DNA from: Octopus sinensis
Lineage: Eukaryota
Direction of reading: 5' to 3'
DNA: 64,000 nt
NCBI RefSeq assembly: GCF_006345805.1
Contig: NC_042997.1
Location: forward strand, 41,106,001 to 41,170,000
Shown here: one piece after another, positions 22,681 to 55,921 of the stretch
Layout: each line of letters opens with the position of its first letter
How positions within the stretch are numbered: position 1 is the stretch's first letter
Program-made: the position numbers and the translations under genes
Notes under the pieces: generated by a model
Databases searched by the model: none
Told to the model about the DNA's origin: nothing
Seen by the model: only the letters and a program-made list of their open reading frames with translations

Positions 22681-23348
22681 GTGACAAATATTCTCTGAAA
22701 ACATTGAGGAAGCTCTTCGATTTCTAAATGAGCCTCTGAACTGCTGAAAGAACGGGTAAGTTATGATCCCTTTCAAAAGAACTGAAAGTTTATTTTTAAT
22801 GCAAAAAATGCAGAATTGATCTTTTCGTAAAAATTTAGGCTCTAGAATTGTTCCCTTCTCTCTTTTTTGCTTCGTTTGGGGCGAAAATAAGTAACCCTGA
22901 AAAACAGGGACCTTATTTCTTCAGGGACAACCTTATCATACAATTTCTACACTCGACTCTGAAAACCTAAGCCCACAGAACAGTCAATTATATTTAATTA
23001 ACACTAATGAAGCATTGCAACAGCAGATGACAGCTCCACAATATTCTCAATATTTAGCTAACATGATGGATATCATTCAAATTTAACAATTCTTATGATT
23101 AGATATATAAAAACATGCGTTCGATGTCAGGGGGATCGACTGAAGGAACTCGTCCATAAGGGCCCCTGCCTACCCGTTATCATCTTAACTCGATGGGTAA
23201 GATCCCAAAGCTCAACGTATTGGTGCCATACTTTCCGAATGAAAAAGACAAACTCCAGCGCTCCTCAATCACCGCCAGTTTGCTTGCTTGACACCAGGCT
23301 ACACGTGGACACAAACGGGGATTTCCTTATTGTATTATCTCTGGTCAT

Positions 23349-23369
23349 TATAATAATAATAATAATAAA

Positions 23370-23410
<41 letters not shown>

Positions 23411-23933
23411 AACCACTACTACTACTACTACCCCCACCACCATCACTACTACTACTACTACAACTGCTACCACCACCACTACTACTTATGATAATAATAA
23501 TAAAACTACTACTACTACTATTACTTCAGCCATTACTACTACTACTACTACTACTGGTACCACCACCAGCACCACCACCACGACTACTACTACTACAACT
23601 ACTAATACTACTACCACCACCACCACCACTACCACTGCTACTACTAATACCACCACCACCACTAATAATAATAATAATACTAAAAAACTACTACTAAAAC
23701 TACCACTACTACCACTACTACTGCTACTACTACTACTACTACTACTACTACTATTACTTCCACCACCACCACCACCATTACTACCACTACTACTACTACC
23801 ACCGCCACCACCCCCTACTACTACTACCACTACCACCACCACTAATAAAAATAATAATAAAACTACTACTACTATCACTACCACCACCACCACCACTACT
23901 ACTACTATACTACTACTACTACTACTACTACTA

Positions 23934-23977
<44 letters not shown>

Positions 23978-23990
23978 TCACTATTACCAC
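23349..23990. repeat. (CTA)n/(CCA)n/(ATA)n compound trinucleotide microsatellite
   Basis: Directly visible; yields poly-Leu/Pro/Val ORFs. Confidence 0.95.
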
Positions 23991-24603
23991 TACATTTAGT
24001 GAATTTTCCCTGTTCTATGTTTTTGTTTGATTTTCCGTTTCTGTTTCGTTCTTTTTATTCAGTTCTTGAAATGTGTGTGTAGCGATGTGTACAAACATGT
24101 CTATATTTCTGTATATGTTTGTATATGAATATACGAATGTGGCTAGGAATGTAAGGAGTTATAGATTTGTGAATGTATGTTTATGTTTACACATAAAAAT
24201 GTGTTTCAATGCTTGTATGTTTATATATTTATGAATTTATGTATGTCTGTATATATGAATGCAAGAGGTTATGTACAGAGTTTGTTATATTTCGGGAAGG
24301 TCCTATTTTTTGCCAAATAAACACACGCACTATACATATTATTCTTCATTCGTTTATTATTGTTCTTATTTTATCTAATGTCCATTGTCTGGAAATCTTT
24401 TGTCTCACGTGCATCCTCCTCTGGAAGATACACACGAATAGAAGAGTCACTGAAGAGGTCACAGATGTGTGAAGAAAGCTTTCCAGACAGTGGACATAAT
24501 ATAAAATAAGAACAGTAACAAACAAGTTCTATATTTAAGAAGTTAGGAATTATGTACATTATTTACAATTGGCGGATATTTGTCCTCATCTTGTTTGTTG
24601 TTA

Positions 24604-24647
24604 ACACAACGTTTCGGCTGATATACCCTCCAGTCTTCATCAGGTGT
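24604..24647 (-). ncRNA. Minimal type I hammerhead ribozyme motif (Penelope-type)
   Basis: Minus strand: ACAC-CTGATGA-A-GACTG-gagggtatat-CAGCC-GAAA-CG-T-T-GTGT. Stem I ACAC/GTGT, stem II with one mismatch, palindromic ACGT stem III. Duplicate at 44346-44389. Confidence 0.7.
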
Positions 24648-24715
24648 CTTGGGGGAAATTTCAAACCTGGGTTCTCATTCCAAAGGTATTTTTCGATGTT
24701 GTTGTTGTTGTTGTT

Positions 24716-24829
<114 letters not shown>

Positions 24830-26691
24830 TCATGTTTGACTTTTGCTTTATATTTGTACAAGTTGGCTCCAAGTCTCACCCAGAGATCTCAACAGACAAG
24901 TTGGAAGTTCATGTTGTTGTTATGCCTATTGTGCCATATATTTGTTTTTTTTCTGTTGTACTAGTGAATGTCTAATAAATAATTTTTTTTAAAAATTGTT
25001 TGTTTTAAACCTTGAGATTACATAGAGAGTATATTGCGTAGGATATGAGCAGTTCCCATGAGCACTATCTTTTGAATTTCTGCCATTTTTGGGTTTCCTG
25101 GTATCTGAGTTAGGTAGCAATCAGCCCCTTTTGCTATCATTCCCAGAACACCTATGACAACAGGTATTGTTTTAGTCTTCAGGTTCCACATTTTGCTGAT
25201 TTCTATTTCAAGATCTTTATATTTGCTCAGTTTCTGGTAGTTCTTGACAGATACGTTTATATCGATTTGAAAAGTCAATATCAATGAGGAGGCATGTTCT
25301 TTGTTTGAAGTCTTTCAATATGATGTCTGGCCTATTTGCATCTATCTTTCTGTCAGTTTGAATGGTGAAGTTCCAGAGGAGTGAGATGTGGTCATTTTCA
25401 AGCACTGAAGGTTGTTTGTGTTCCCACCAGTTTTTTTCATGGGGCAAATCCAGGTTTTTGCAGATTACCCAGTGAATATATTGTGCAGCTCTATCATGCC
25501 TGTTGCGATATTCTGTAGGCGCTAGAAGACTGCACTTGGAGACCACATGATCAATCGTTTCATTTTGTTGCTGGCATACACGACACGTTGGGCTACTGCC
25601 GATCTTTAATATGTTGGCCTGGTAGTTTCTTGTTGGTAGGCATTGATCTTGAGCTGCTATGATAAACCCCTCTGTTTCAGATTTTAAACCAGAGGCCATT
25701 CGCCATTGATGGGTTAGGGCTTTGTCAACATCTGCATTATTCGTTCTCTTTGGGTATTTGCCATAGAAAGGTTTTTCTTGCCATTTATCATTCAGAATAT
25801 CTAAGGCCGCAGATATAACACGGGTTTTCATGCGCTTAGCTTTTTCTGTGCTCGTTTCTTGTATGTCTATCTCTAATTCCGAAATTTGTTGTATTCGGAA
25901 TTCACTTAGATATTCCTTTGCCTGTTTTGTTACTGAGTATGATGCTTTCTTGTTTTCATGTTTTGAGACAAGTTTTAACATCCAGTCCTCAGAGTTTTTC
26001 AGGTAGGTGTCTAGGCCAATTGTAGCAATCTTCATTGTTATTGCCAGTTGTAAAAGTCCACGGCCTCCCTCTTTTCTTGGCAGATAAAGTCGTTCTGTAT
26101 CTGCCTTAGGGTGGTGCATTCTATGCATTGTCAACAGTTTTCGTATTTTTCTGTCAAGATTACATATTTCAGTAATTGACCAGTTAACGATATTTAAACT
26201 GTAAATCACGACTGGTATGGCTAAAGCATTGATCGCTTCGATCCTGTTTCTCGAATTCAGCTCTGTCTTGAGTATTGCTCTTACTCTGCGATAACATTCT
26301 CTCCTGATCCTTTCCTTCATCACTGAATGCCTTATTCCGTCCCCTTCAATTACTTCTAGGTACTTGTAGCTCTCCACTGGGTCTAAATCTTCTATGACAT
26401 TCTACTGATCAATGTTAACGTTAGATGTTTCTGTCATTTTTCCTTTGATAAAGGTAGCTTTTGCACACTTATCGAGGCCAAATTGCATTCTGATGTCATC
26501 ACTGAATTGTTTGACAATCGCTAGTAAGCCCTTGAGTTGTTGGTCATTTTTTACAAAGCGCTTTAAATCATCCATGTAAATGAGATGATTTATATTTTTA
26601 TCAAACATTTTATATCCGTACTGCGCGTCATTGAGCAGTTTTGAGAGAGGTATTAAGGCTAAACAGAAGAGGAGTGGTGATATTGAGTCAC

Positions 26692-26692
<1 letters not shown>
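24830..26692 (-). mobile_element. Dong/R4-clade LINE, 5'-truncated (RT domain 4 to RLE and 3'UTR), flanked by (TAA)n on both sides
   Basis: GDSISPLLFCLALIPLS...HLIYMDDLK (YMDD RT). The 386-aa ORF 25217-26377 has CRVCQQQNETIDHVVSKC (CCHC), RHDR and ANRPDIILKD (RLE). One stop and one frameshift are visible. Confidence 0.92.
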
Positions 26693-26725
<33 letters not shown>

Positions 26726-26747
26726 TTATTATTATTATTATTATTAC

Positions 26748-26788
<41 letters not shown>

Positions 26789-27111
26789 TATTATTATTAT
26801 TATCATTATTATCATTAGTTTATTTAAATTCTTTCGTCTCACATACTATGATCTCCTCAACGACTCTTTGCTCCATCTATTTCTTCTTATCCCGCTTATT
26901 CCTTATTAAAAATTGTATTGAAAGTGACTTTTCTACTGTTTGTCAAGATGGTTGTTTGCCAAATAATTTATACTCGGAACAATTGTACATATTTCCCTGG
27001 TTAAAACGGAATTTCCCACTTGGTACAGCTACATATAATAGTAATTGTTTGAATGAATACACGCACATACACAACACACACATATGTGTGTGTGTATATA
27101 TATATACATAA

Positions 27112-27223
<112 letters not shown>

Positions 27224-27639
27224 GTATGTATATAAATATATAAGCATAGTAGAAATATGTTACAGAAAGAAAATATAAAATACACATGGAATGTAAGGGT
27301 AAAATACGATATATATATAGAGAGTAGCAAAGATTGATTTACTCGATAATGCTGGTTCCAAATATGATTTCAGTTTTAATTTTTTACAGAAATTAGAAAA
27401 GGTTTCTCCACTTATCTGAATATCCTATTACCTTATGGAAGTTTATTGTCTCATTTTGCGGCTTGTATCGGATAAGAATACTGACCGGAGTACACAATTC
27501 TTATAACCCGCTATGTGTTTTCTTTCTTAACGGCAGTGTCAGTATTTTCTGTCGATGTATGCGATTCGATGTATTTTAATATCCGTAAAATAAATCCATT
27601 TTCCAGCAATTCACCATTCCTACACGACGCAAAGTAATA

Positions 27640-27760
27640 TGAGATGAGGTGTTTTGCTTAAGAACGCAATACAATTCCCGTTCCGGGAATTGAAACCGCG
27701 ATCTCGTTATCGAGAATGCAGCACCATTAACAGCGTGGTCATACGCCTTGGACACCAATT
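27640..27760 (-). mobile_element. Degenerate SINE
   Basis: gaggtgttttgcttaagaacgcaatac...ccgggaattgaaacc looks like an antisense tRNA-derived head plus central domain. A related copy lies at ~30295-30400. Confidence 0.5.
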
Positions 27761-28993
27761 ATATTATTAAACATGCTACATGACATATGTAGGCGAGACA
27801 GCATCCCAGAAATCCTTCTTATCTACTAGGCGTTTTCCTGAAGCAACACCCACTGAATTTTCATGGAACCCCAAAAAGATCTGAGCGTTACTCCTAAGAG
27901 ATGTCTCTTGTCAGCTAACGATATGGCTTTGTATCATGTAATGATAGAAAGTCTGACGCAGAAAATTGCGGAGTTTGATGTGGTGATACAAAAACCGAGA
28001 ACGAGGCCAATTTTAGGTACATTTCTTTGTTTCTTTGTTATTTGTGTTTTACTTAGGGTGTTGTTGTCGACGTTGTTGTTTGCCCTCACTGATCGTAATT
28101 TTACACAAAGGCATTCCAACTATAGCCATCTCATTTTTTATTTCAACATTAGCAACCATGTCCTCCATTGTCTAAAATAAGAGTGTGTGATTTGAAAGAG
28201 ATTTCAGAGCTATTTCCAGGTGTTTGATGGAAAACATTATAAACATATCTGCGCCACAAGCCAATGTTTCCTGATTGAGTAAAGCTATGATCAGAGGATA
28301 TCCAGTCGTCATCTTCCCATCCATTAAGTTATATAGCATTGTCTCCAGTCTCTAGGTGAGCAGGGTTTTCTTTGAATTCAATTGCTTAAGTACACATGCA
28401 ACCCAAAACCCATAGGACACTTGTGTGTATACCACTAAATACATGCTTCCAACTCCTCAGATCTGAATGCTTCGCCACCTTCCCATCCCCACAGGACTTT
28501 CGAATGAAAAAATAAGTTGTACAGTTAAAAAGTATAGAGCTTAAGTTAAAAAGATAATATTACACAGGAATATCCAGGCAAAATAGTCGGCAATGCCTGT
28601 ACACAAATTTACAAATTGCTTTGCAGCGTTCTGTCAGCTATTCGCGTTCTGAGTTCCTTTCCTGTGAAACTTCCCTTTGTCTTTCATTTCTCAGAGGTGC
28701 TGAAGTTCAATTAGTCGATTGACCACTTACCCCACAAAACAACAACCACTGGCATTCTACCTAAGCTAGAAACAACATTATATGTGCGGCAATCTAGGAT
28801 TTTAGGACAAAGAATTGCTACGCGGTGTCATATATAATCATGTATGGTTATATAAAGATGCATGAGGATATATATACATACATAAAAAAGCACAAATATA
28901 TGTGCGTGTATGTGTGTGTGTTTAAGTGTACCTGAGTGTGCTTGTGTATGTGAATGTATGCAATTACGTAAGTTTGTATATATATATATATAG

Positions 28994-29642
28994 TTAATTG
29001 TTATCGCCATATTAATATGGCAGTCTTATCGATATAAGACTAAAAGCTGTCGCTTATTAGCTCCATGAGGCCATCGCCTTAAGATAGCTATTTGACACAC
29101 AAACTGTGTCCATTATAACCTTCGAACAAGGGAGGTCAGCCGCTTCACACTGCCAGTCAGACAGCTACAGACGCGTTTCAGGGTATTTGCCCTTTGTCAA
29201 TGTAGCGTAGTCGACCCAGCAGGTATCGCCACTGATCGTCTCTGTTCAAAGGTTTTATTTACCTAGTTTCGGTGGAATACATCCACTTGTTTTCAACAAT
29301 AGAAATATTAAAATTACTAAGTCTCTCTAAAAGAGATTACGGCAGCGTTACTGGAAATTAATTGTTATCGCCATATTATATGGCAGTCTTATACCCTGAA
29401 ACGCGTCTGTAGCTGTCTGACTGGCAGTGTGAAGCGGCTGACCTCCCTTGTTCGAAGGTTATAATGGACACAGTTTGTGTGTCAAATAGCTATCTTAAGG
29501 CGATGGCCTCATGGAGCTAATCAGCGACAGCTTTTAGTCTTATATCTATAAGACTGCCATATTAATATAGCGATAACAATTAATTTCCAGTAACGCTGCC
29601 GTAATCTCTTTTAGAGAGACTTAGTAATTTTAATATTTCTAT
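28994..29642. mobile_element. Fold-back insertion of a ~364-nt hammerhead-containing repeat unit (retrozyme/Penelope pLTR-like) in a (TA)n run
   Basis: The minus strand of 28994-29392 is one 363-nt unit plus a terminally repeated ataagactgccatattaatatggcgataacaattaa. Bases 29391-29642 are an inverted, circularly permuted copy differing at only a few positions. (TA)n on both sides. Duplicate at ~48723-49372. Confidence 0.75.
29164..29206 (-). ncRNA. Minimal type I hammerhead ribozyme with U3:A8 core variant
   Basis: Minus strand: GCTACA-TTGACAA-AGGG-caaata-CCCT-GAAA-CGCG-T-C-TGTAGC. Perfect 6-bp stem I, 4-bp stem II, palindromic ACGCGT stem III and GUC cleavage triplet; core UUGACAA instead of CUGANGA. 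Identical copy at 48893-48935. Confidence 0.75.
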
Positions 29643-29660
29643 TATATATATATATACATA

Positions 29661-29830
29661 GGCGTAGGAGTGTCTGTGTAGTATGTAGCTTGTTTACCAA
29701 TCACGTGGTTCCGGGTTCCGTCCCACAGCGTGGCACTTTGGGCAAGTGTCTTCTACTATAGCCTCGGGTCGCCCAAAGCCCTGTGGGTGGATTTGTTAGA
29801 GAGAAACTGTAAGAAGCCCGTCGTATATAT
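29661..29830 (+). mobile_element. tRNA-derived SINE followed by (TA)n(TG)n
   Basis: ggcgtaggagtgtctgtgtagt...ggttccgggttccgtccc...ggcactttgggcaagtgtcttctactatagcctcggg...gaagcccgtcgtatatatg. Confidence 0.8.
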
Positions 29831-29845
29831 GTTTATATATATATA

Positions 29846-32878
<3,033 letters not shown>

Positions 32879-33400
32879 TGTGATCGTGAGTATATATAAC
32901 AAACTGTGTTTGGGGCTACCAATAAATATATATAACTTAAGTATGGGATAAAATCTTACGAGAATTTATCATGTAGTTAGCGTGAAAAAACTCATAAGGG
33001 AAAATTTATTAATTATTCTCCATAAATATATTTATTTATATTAAGGGCCATTACTATACATAAATGCCTCACGCTAGGAGGGCTCTCTTGAAGTTAAAAC
33101 TACTATAATGCCCACCTTGTACCGAACGCGATGGAATGCAACTCTCAAGCGAGCCTGCCAGAAACAGACTTAGCTGAACATCATATGATTTCGTAATTAG
33201 TGCACAAAATGCCTTTTCACCATCAGCGCAGCATAGTCAAGACATGTAATAATAAACAAAAATCAACGTATCAGACGAACACATGTATCCTTGCGTTTGA
33301 TACAATGTGGTTATTATAGTAGTGTTGACTTCAAGAGTCCCTCTAGCGCGAGGCATTTCTATATAGTAATGCCCTGAATATAAATAAATACATGTATATA

Positions 33401-33432
<32 letters not shown>

Positions 33433-33461
33433 GACGTGGTATGTATATGTGTTTATATATA

Positions 33462-33561
33462 NNNNNNNNNNNNNNNNNNNNNNNNNNNNNNNNNNNNNNN
33501 NNNNNNNNNNNNNNNNNNNNNNNNNNNNNNNNNNNNNNNNNNNNNNNNNNNNNNNNNNNNN
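33462..33561. other. Assembly gap (100 N)
   Basis: A run of exactly 100 N. Confidence 1.
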
Positions 33562-51817
<18,256 letters not shown>

Positions 51818-52079
51818 TATATATATACATATTAATATATATTTTATTTTCTACTTTAGATACGGGTGTTCACTGTATATAGAAACACTTTGAAGTGCTG
51901 AAGAGATTAGAACTTGAGACGTTAGATATGTAAAGCAACGACAACCAAGCTAGATATTTATTTACATTTACATATGAAGATACATTGAATCGAAAAAGAA
52001 AGGAAAATGTGTGTGGATATTAAGAAGACATTGTCCAATTTTCAGAAAAAACAGTATCACAAATAGAATAGGTAGAGCT

Positions 52080-52560
52080 TTAAATGTTCTACGGCCATTT
52101 CAGGGATCTTTGTGGTCCTGATATATGACAGATATCAGGGTCCATTGTTGGATAACATCACCTCTCCGGGGGAGGAATTTTATATTAAAGATTTTGCATT
52201 TAAAATGTTGACATGATAGAGGTTAAAGACTGATTGATTTTATAGAGGGCTACATTTATTAGGAAGGGGAGTTAGGAATGTTTAGACAGAGAATAGTTGC
52301 AGGATGGAGAAAATAGATTTCAAGATCATAAGCCGACTGATGGTATTAAAGGTGGAGAGTGGTTGAAAGTGGTTTAGTTTATTTCCAAGTTAAATTAGTG
52401 TAAAAAGGATGGACTTAAGCGGTTCGATATCAGATAAGGGTATGAGAGGGAGGTTATAACTTCTATTCTAGGCTTTCCATCCGACTCATTTGCCCCAGAA
52501 AATCCGACTTTGGTCGAATTAGTTAATGCATTATTGACCGTATTATACACCGTGTCAGGA
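52080..52560 (-). mobile_element. Probable inverted Penelope-like 3' fragment upstream of the + strand PLE
   Basis: Minus strand has LSCQHFK (cf. the S-x-C-R-H end of PLE ORFs) and a degenerate hammerhead-like ending (CCCT-GAAA-TGGCCG-TA). Weak. Confidence 0.35.
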
Positions 52561-52579
52561 ATAACGTTGAGCTCCCGCT

Positions 52580-54450
52580 ATGGAATTGCACATGAGACGT
52601 TATTTTTGGTTTCCCTCTCTCCACCATAAACGCACTAATTTCCTTCAGTTTGACATGTCAAATTATTGCAATATTTACAATGGACAAGGCGCCGAGTTGG
52701 CAGAAACGTTAGCATGCAGGGCAAAATGCTTAGCGTTCTGTTCTTACGTTCTGAGTTCAAATGATAACCCGTCAATATCACAAATACTTTTGGATAAAAC
52801 CTTAATATTTGCCCGAAATTATGCTACCATCCGCAGATCGGATATGAATATCACTCTGGCAATGAAGAAAACTTTAATTCAATTTAAGTGTAATTATTGA
52901 ACGCCCAACGAATCTATAGATTACTTCGATATAACACTGGACTCATCGGACTCCGCCCACGCACAGACCTTGTGGGCTTGTTCCTCATTCCCCAGATTAA
53001 ACAATGCTTCCCTAACATAACCGGCGGACAATAGAGGGATGATGCAAATTCTTGCAGTAACTGGATTAACTGAACCTTCAATAGAGCACACAAGGACAGC
53101 CCTACGCAAACTCTTCAAAATCTTCATCCTAAGTATTTCATTCGAAATTGATACCAATTTTTTGGACGTTACTCTTTACTTAAACACTAACTTATACCGT
53201 TCTTTCTATAAACCCAACCAATCTTTACAATACTTAAATGTCCACTCTAATCATCCAAAACTTATCCCCTTATAGCCTAGTTATATGTCTATCATTATAA
53301 TCAGGCCCTCAAAATGAATAGAATTTATCGAAATACCTATTATATCAATAACACGAAGCTTAAAACTGAAATAGCAAATCTCTTCCACTGATTCAAAGGC
53401 CATTACTTCAACTCGACACCAATCCAGCAACTCCACAAAAAAACTCCCCTTAACTCCTTCACATTACTGGACACCGCGAGCCTATAACAACTACAAACCT
53501 CCATTTTCGAATCAGAGAAATTCATCCACTCTTTGTAAACAATCAAAGGCTAGGAAACGCGAACTCCTATGGTTTTTATCACCGTTCTCGCTCCAAGTTA
53601 AATCTCTTGCAAAATTATTTTTCAAAATTATAAAATCTAATTTTTGTCCACAACATAAAAAATCTTATCCTATATTTAAAACATCATCAGTGAAGATCTC
53701 CAACTCTGCTGCACCTAACTATAGTTATATATATATATAACTATATATAACTATATAATAGCCTCCTCGAAAAAACATAAACTCCAACACTAGTCCTCTA
53801 CGTATCTAAACTCTTGCACTGCATCCCAAGCTAGCTTTGACAATACAATAATACAAAGCATAATAAGCCACCTCAATTGTATAATACTAAACTTAAGCCA
53901 ACATTCTACAACCCTATCTACGAGACGAAAAATATTAGTTCCATTACAACCTCCCAATCCGATACTAATATAAATCCTAATTGAGATTCTCACCACTAAC
54001 AACAAACCAACCAACATCAACATAACTAATAGTAAACCCCAACCACTTGCAACTGTCGCGCTTCTGAAATATACGGTATGCAGGCTCCTGTCTCCTCAAA
54101 AGCGTATCTATAAGTGCCACGTGATGACCCCATGCACCCACCAGGCAAGGATGTATATTTGTGGCACTGAGGATTTTGAATGCTCTTGTCGTGCTCATAT
54201 GTATTCTTTCACTAATCCCAAATCTAAACTATTTCAATCTTTAGCAACACACATATACAACCTCAATTCAAAACAATGTCCAATACGGTCTATCGTGACC
54301 CATAGTATGTGAAGCTCCCCTCTACAACACAAATATAGGTAAATGTATATTATGTATAGAAAGGTCATTAACTATTCTTCGCCTCCACAACTCCTCGCTG
54401 TTAAATTCTCTGACGTTATTTATTCATGTAAGCATAAATACTGCCCGACA
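52580..54450 (+). mobile_element. Penelope-like element (RT plus GIY-YIG), decayed
   Basis: WFPSL...FLQFDMSNY..PSISQILLDKTLIFA; DLVGLFLI; GGQ*RDD (YRDD); TNFLDVTLYLNTNLYRSFYKPNQSLQYLNVHSNHP; TTCNCRAS...CLLKS; YICGTEDF; KCILCIE...SCKH. Confidence 0.8.
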
Positions 54451-55570
54451 TTCATGCACTTCACTAATTCTAAATAATCATATAGCAAGCCCCGAGACCC
54501 ATGAAAGCTGTAATGTAAAACAAGAGTCAACATGTCAATCGACAAGTGAACACATTCCAAATACCTTATATGTGTGTGTTTGTGTGTATGTCTATGTATG
54601 CATATATGTAAATATATATATGAGCATATGCAATAAATCTGAAATATCCAAACTTGCATTTACAAATACATAATATATGCATTTACAAATACATAACATA
54701 TACATACAAGCTCTTACATACATACATGCAAACACACACACATATACGCACATATATAAACATATAAACTCCTCCATTAATACACAGTATTAAAAACATA
54801 AAGTAGTCAGCATATATATAGATACCTACAGAAATATAAATATATATAACGCACATCCCTAATTTATTCCAAGTATTATGATCAATCGCTTTTTCATCCT
54901 CCTCTCAGCCTCCTAAATCTCACCAACACACATCACAACTTTCTTCAAATTTCTGCAATTCATCCGCCTCTACTGTCATTTGACCCTTCTCGGCCTAACT
55001 AAACTCAACTACTAAGAAAATACCGACCCGAATTTTTGTACTACTAACATACTTAACCACTCCCTCGTACCTGAAATGTTTCCTTAAAAAAGACCCCACT
55101 TGTAATTTGAGATGGAATTGCTGTTTCATTAGAGTACCAGATAGAAGGGGATACTTCTTCAACATTCACATGAATTACTTATTTATTCACATCGTTTACA
55201 ATTAATCATACGATGTCTTCTAGCTTTAAGATTTTGATTATGTGATTGCTTACTTTTAGAATAACTTTGCATGGTGGTTGTGAAAGGGCTGATCTGTTCA
55301 GTTTTAACAGAAAACAGGAAGAATATTTGGGCCTGACGTGGCCAGTGCCAATTCTATTGGGTTAACTGAAAATTACTGAAGTAAAAATAAAGCATAAAAT
55401 CATTTTAGGTAATTTGGGGAAACAAACTTATGAGGCGTTAACCCTTTTTATCCCATCCTAAATGCCGTTGAGGAGGCTGGACGATGGCCTATAGATGGCC
55501 GATATAATATAATGACAATCCTATCTTACCAAAGAAGTGATTTCGCCTCTGTTCGTAAGAGTTAGTGAAT

Positions 55571-55630
<60 letters not shown>

Positions 55631-55728
55631 GCGCATATATATATATATATGTTGCGTCATTTGTTTATTTACCATATTTACCATACAATTTTCATTGAAG
55701 TAGCGGAACACAACGCACACAATTATGC

Positions 55729-55781
<53 letters not shown>

Positions 55782-55786
55782 AATAT

Positions 55787-55853
<67 letters not shown>

Positions 55854-55870
55854 TATATATATATACATAC

Positions 55871-55921
<51 letters not shown>

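Noticed and set aside
22920-23340. Coding exon (116/200-aa ORFs starting near 23095 and 42758)
   Set aside because: It has faint RTE-like 3' motifs (YWCHTFRM resembling RWLGHVxRM), the frame differs between the two copies, and it runs into a microsatellite. Probably decayed LINE.
25217-26377. 386-aa ORF as an active or domesticated retrotransposon gene
   Set aside because: The element is 5'-truncated within RT, has a stop upstream of this ORF and a frameshift in the RLE.
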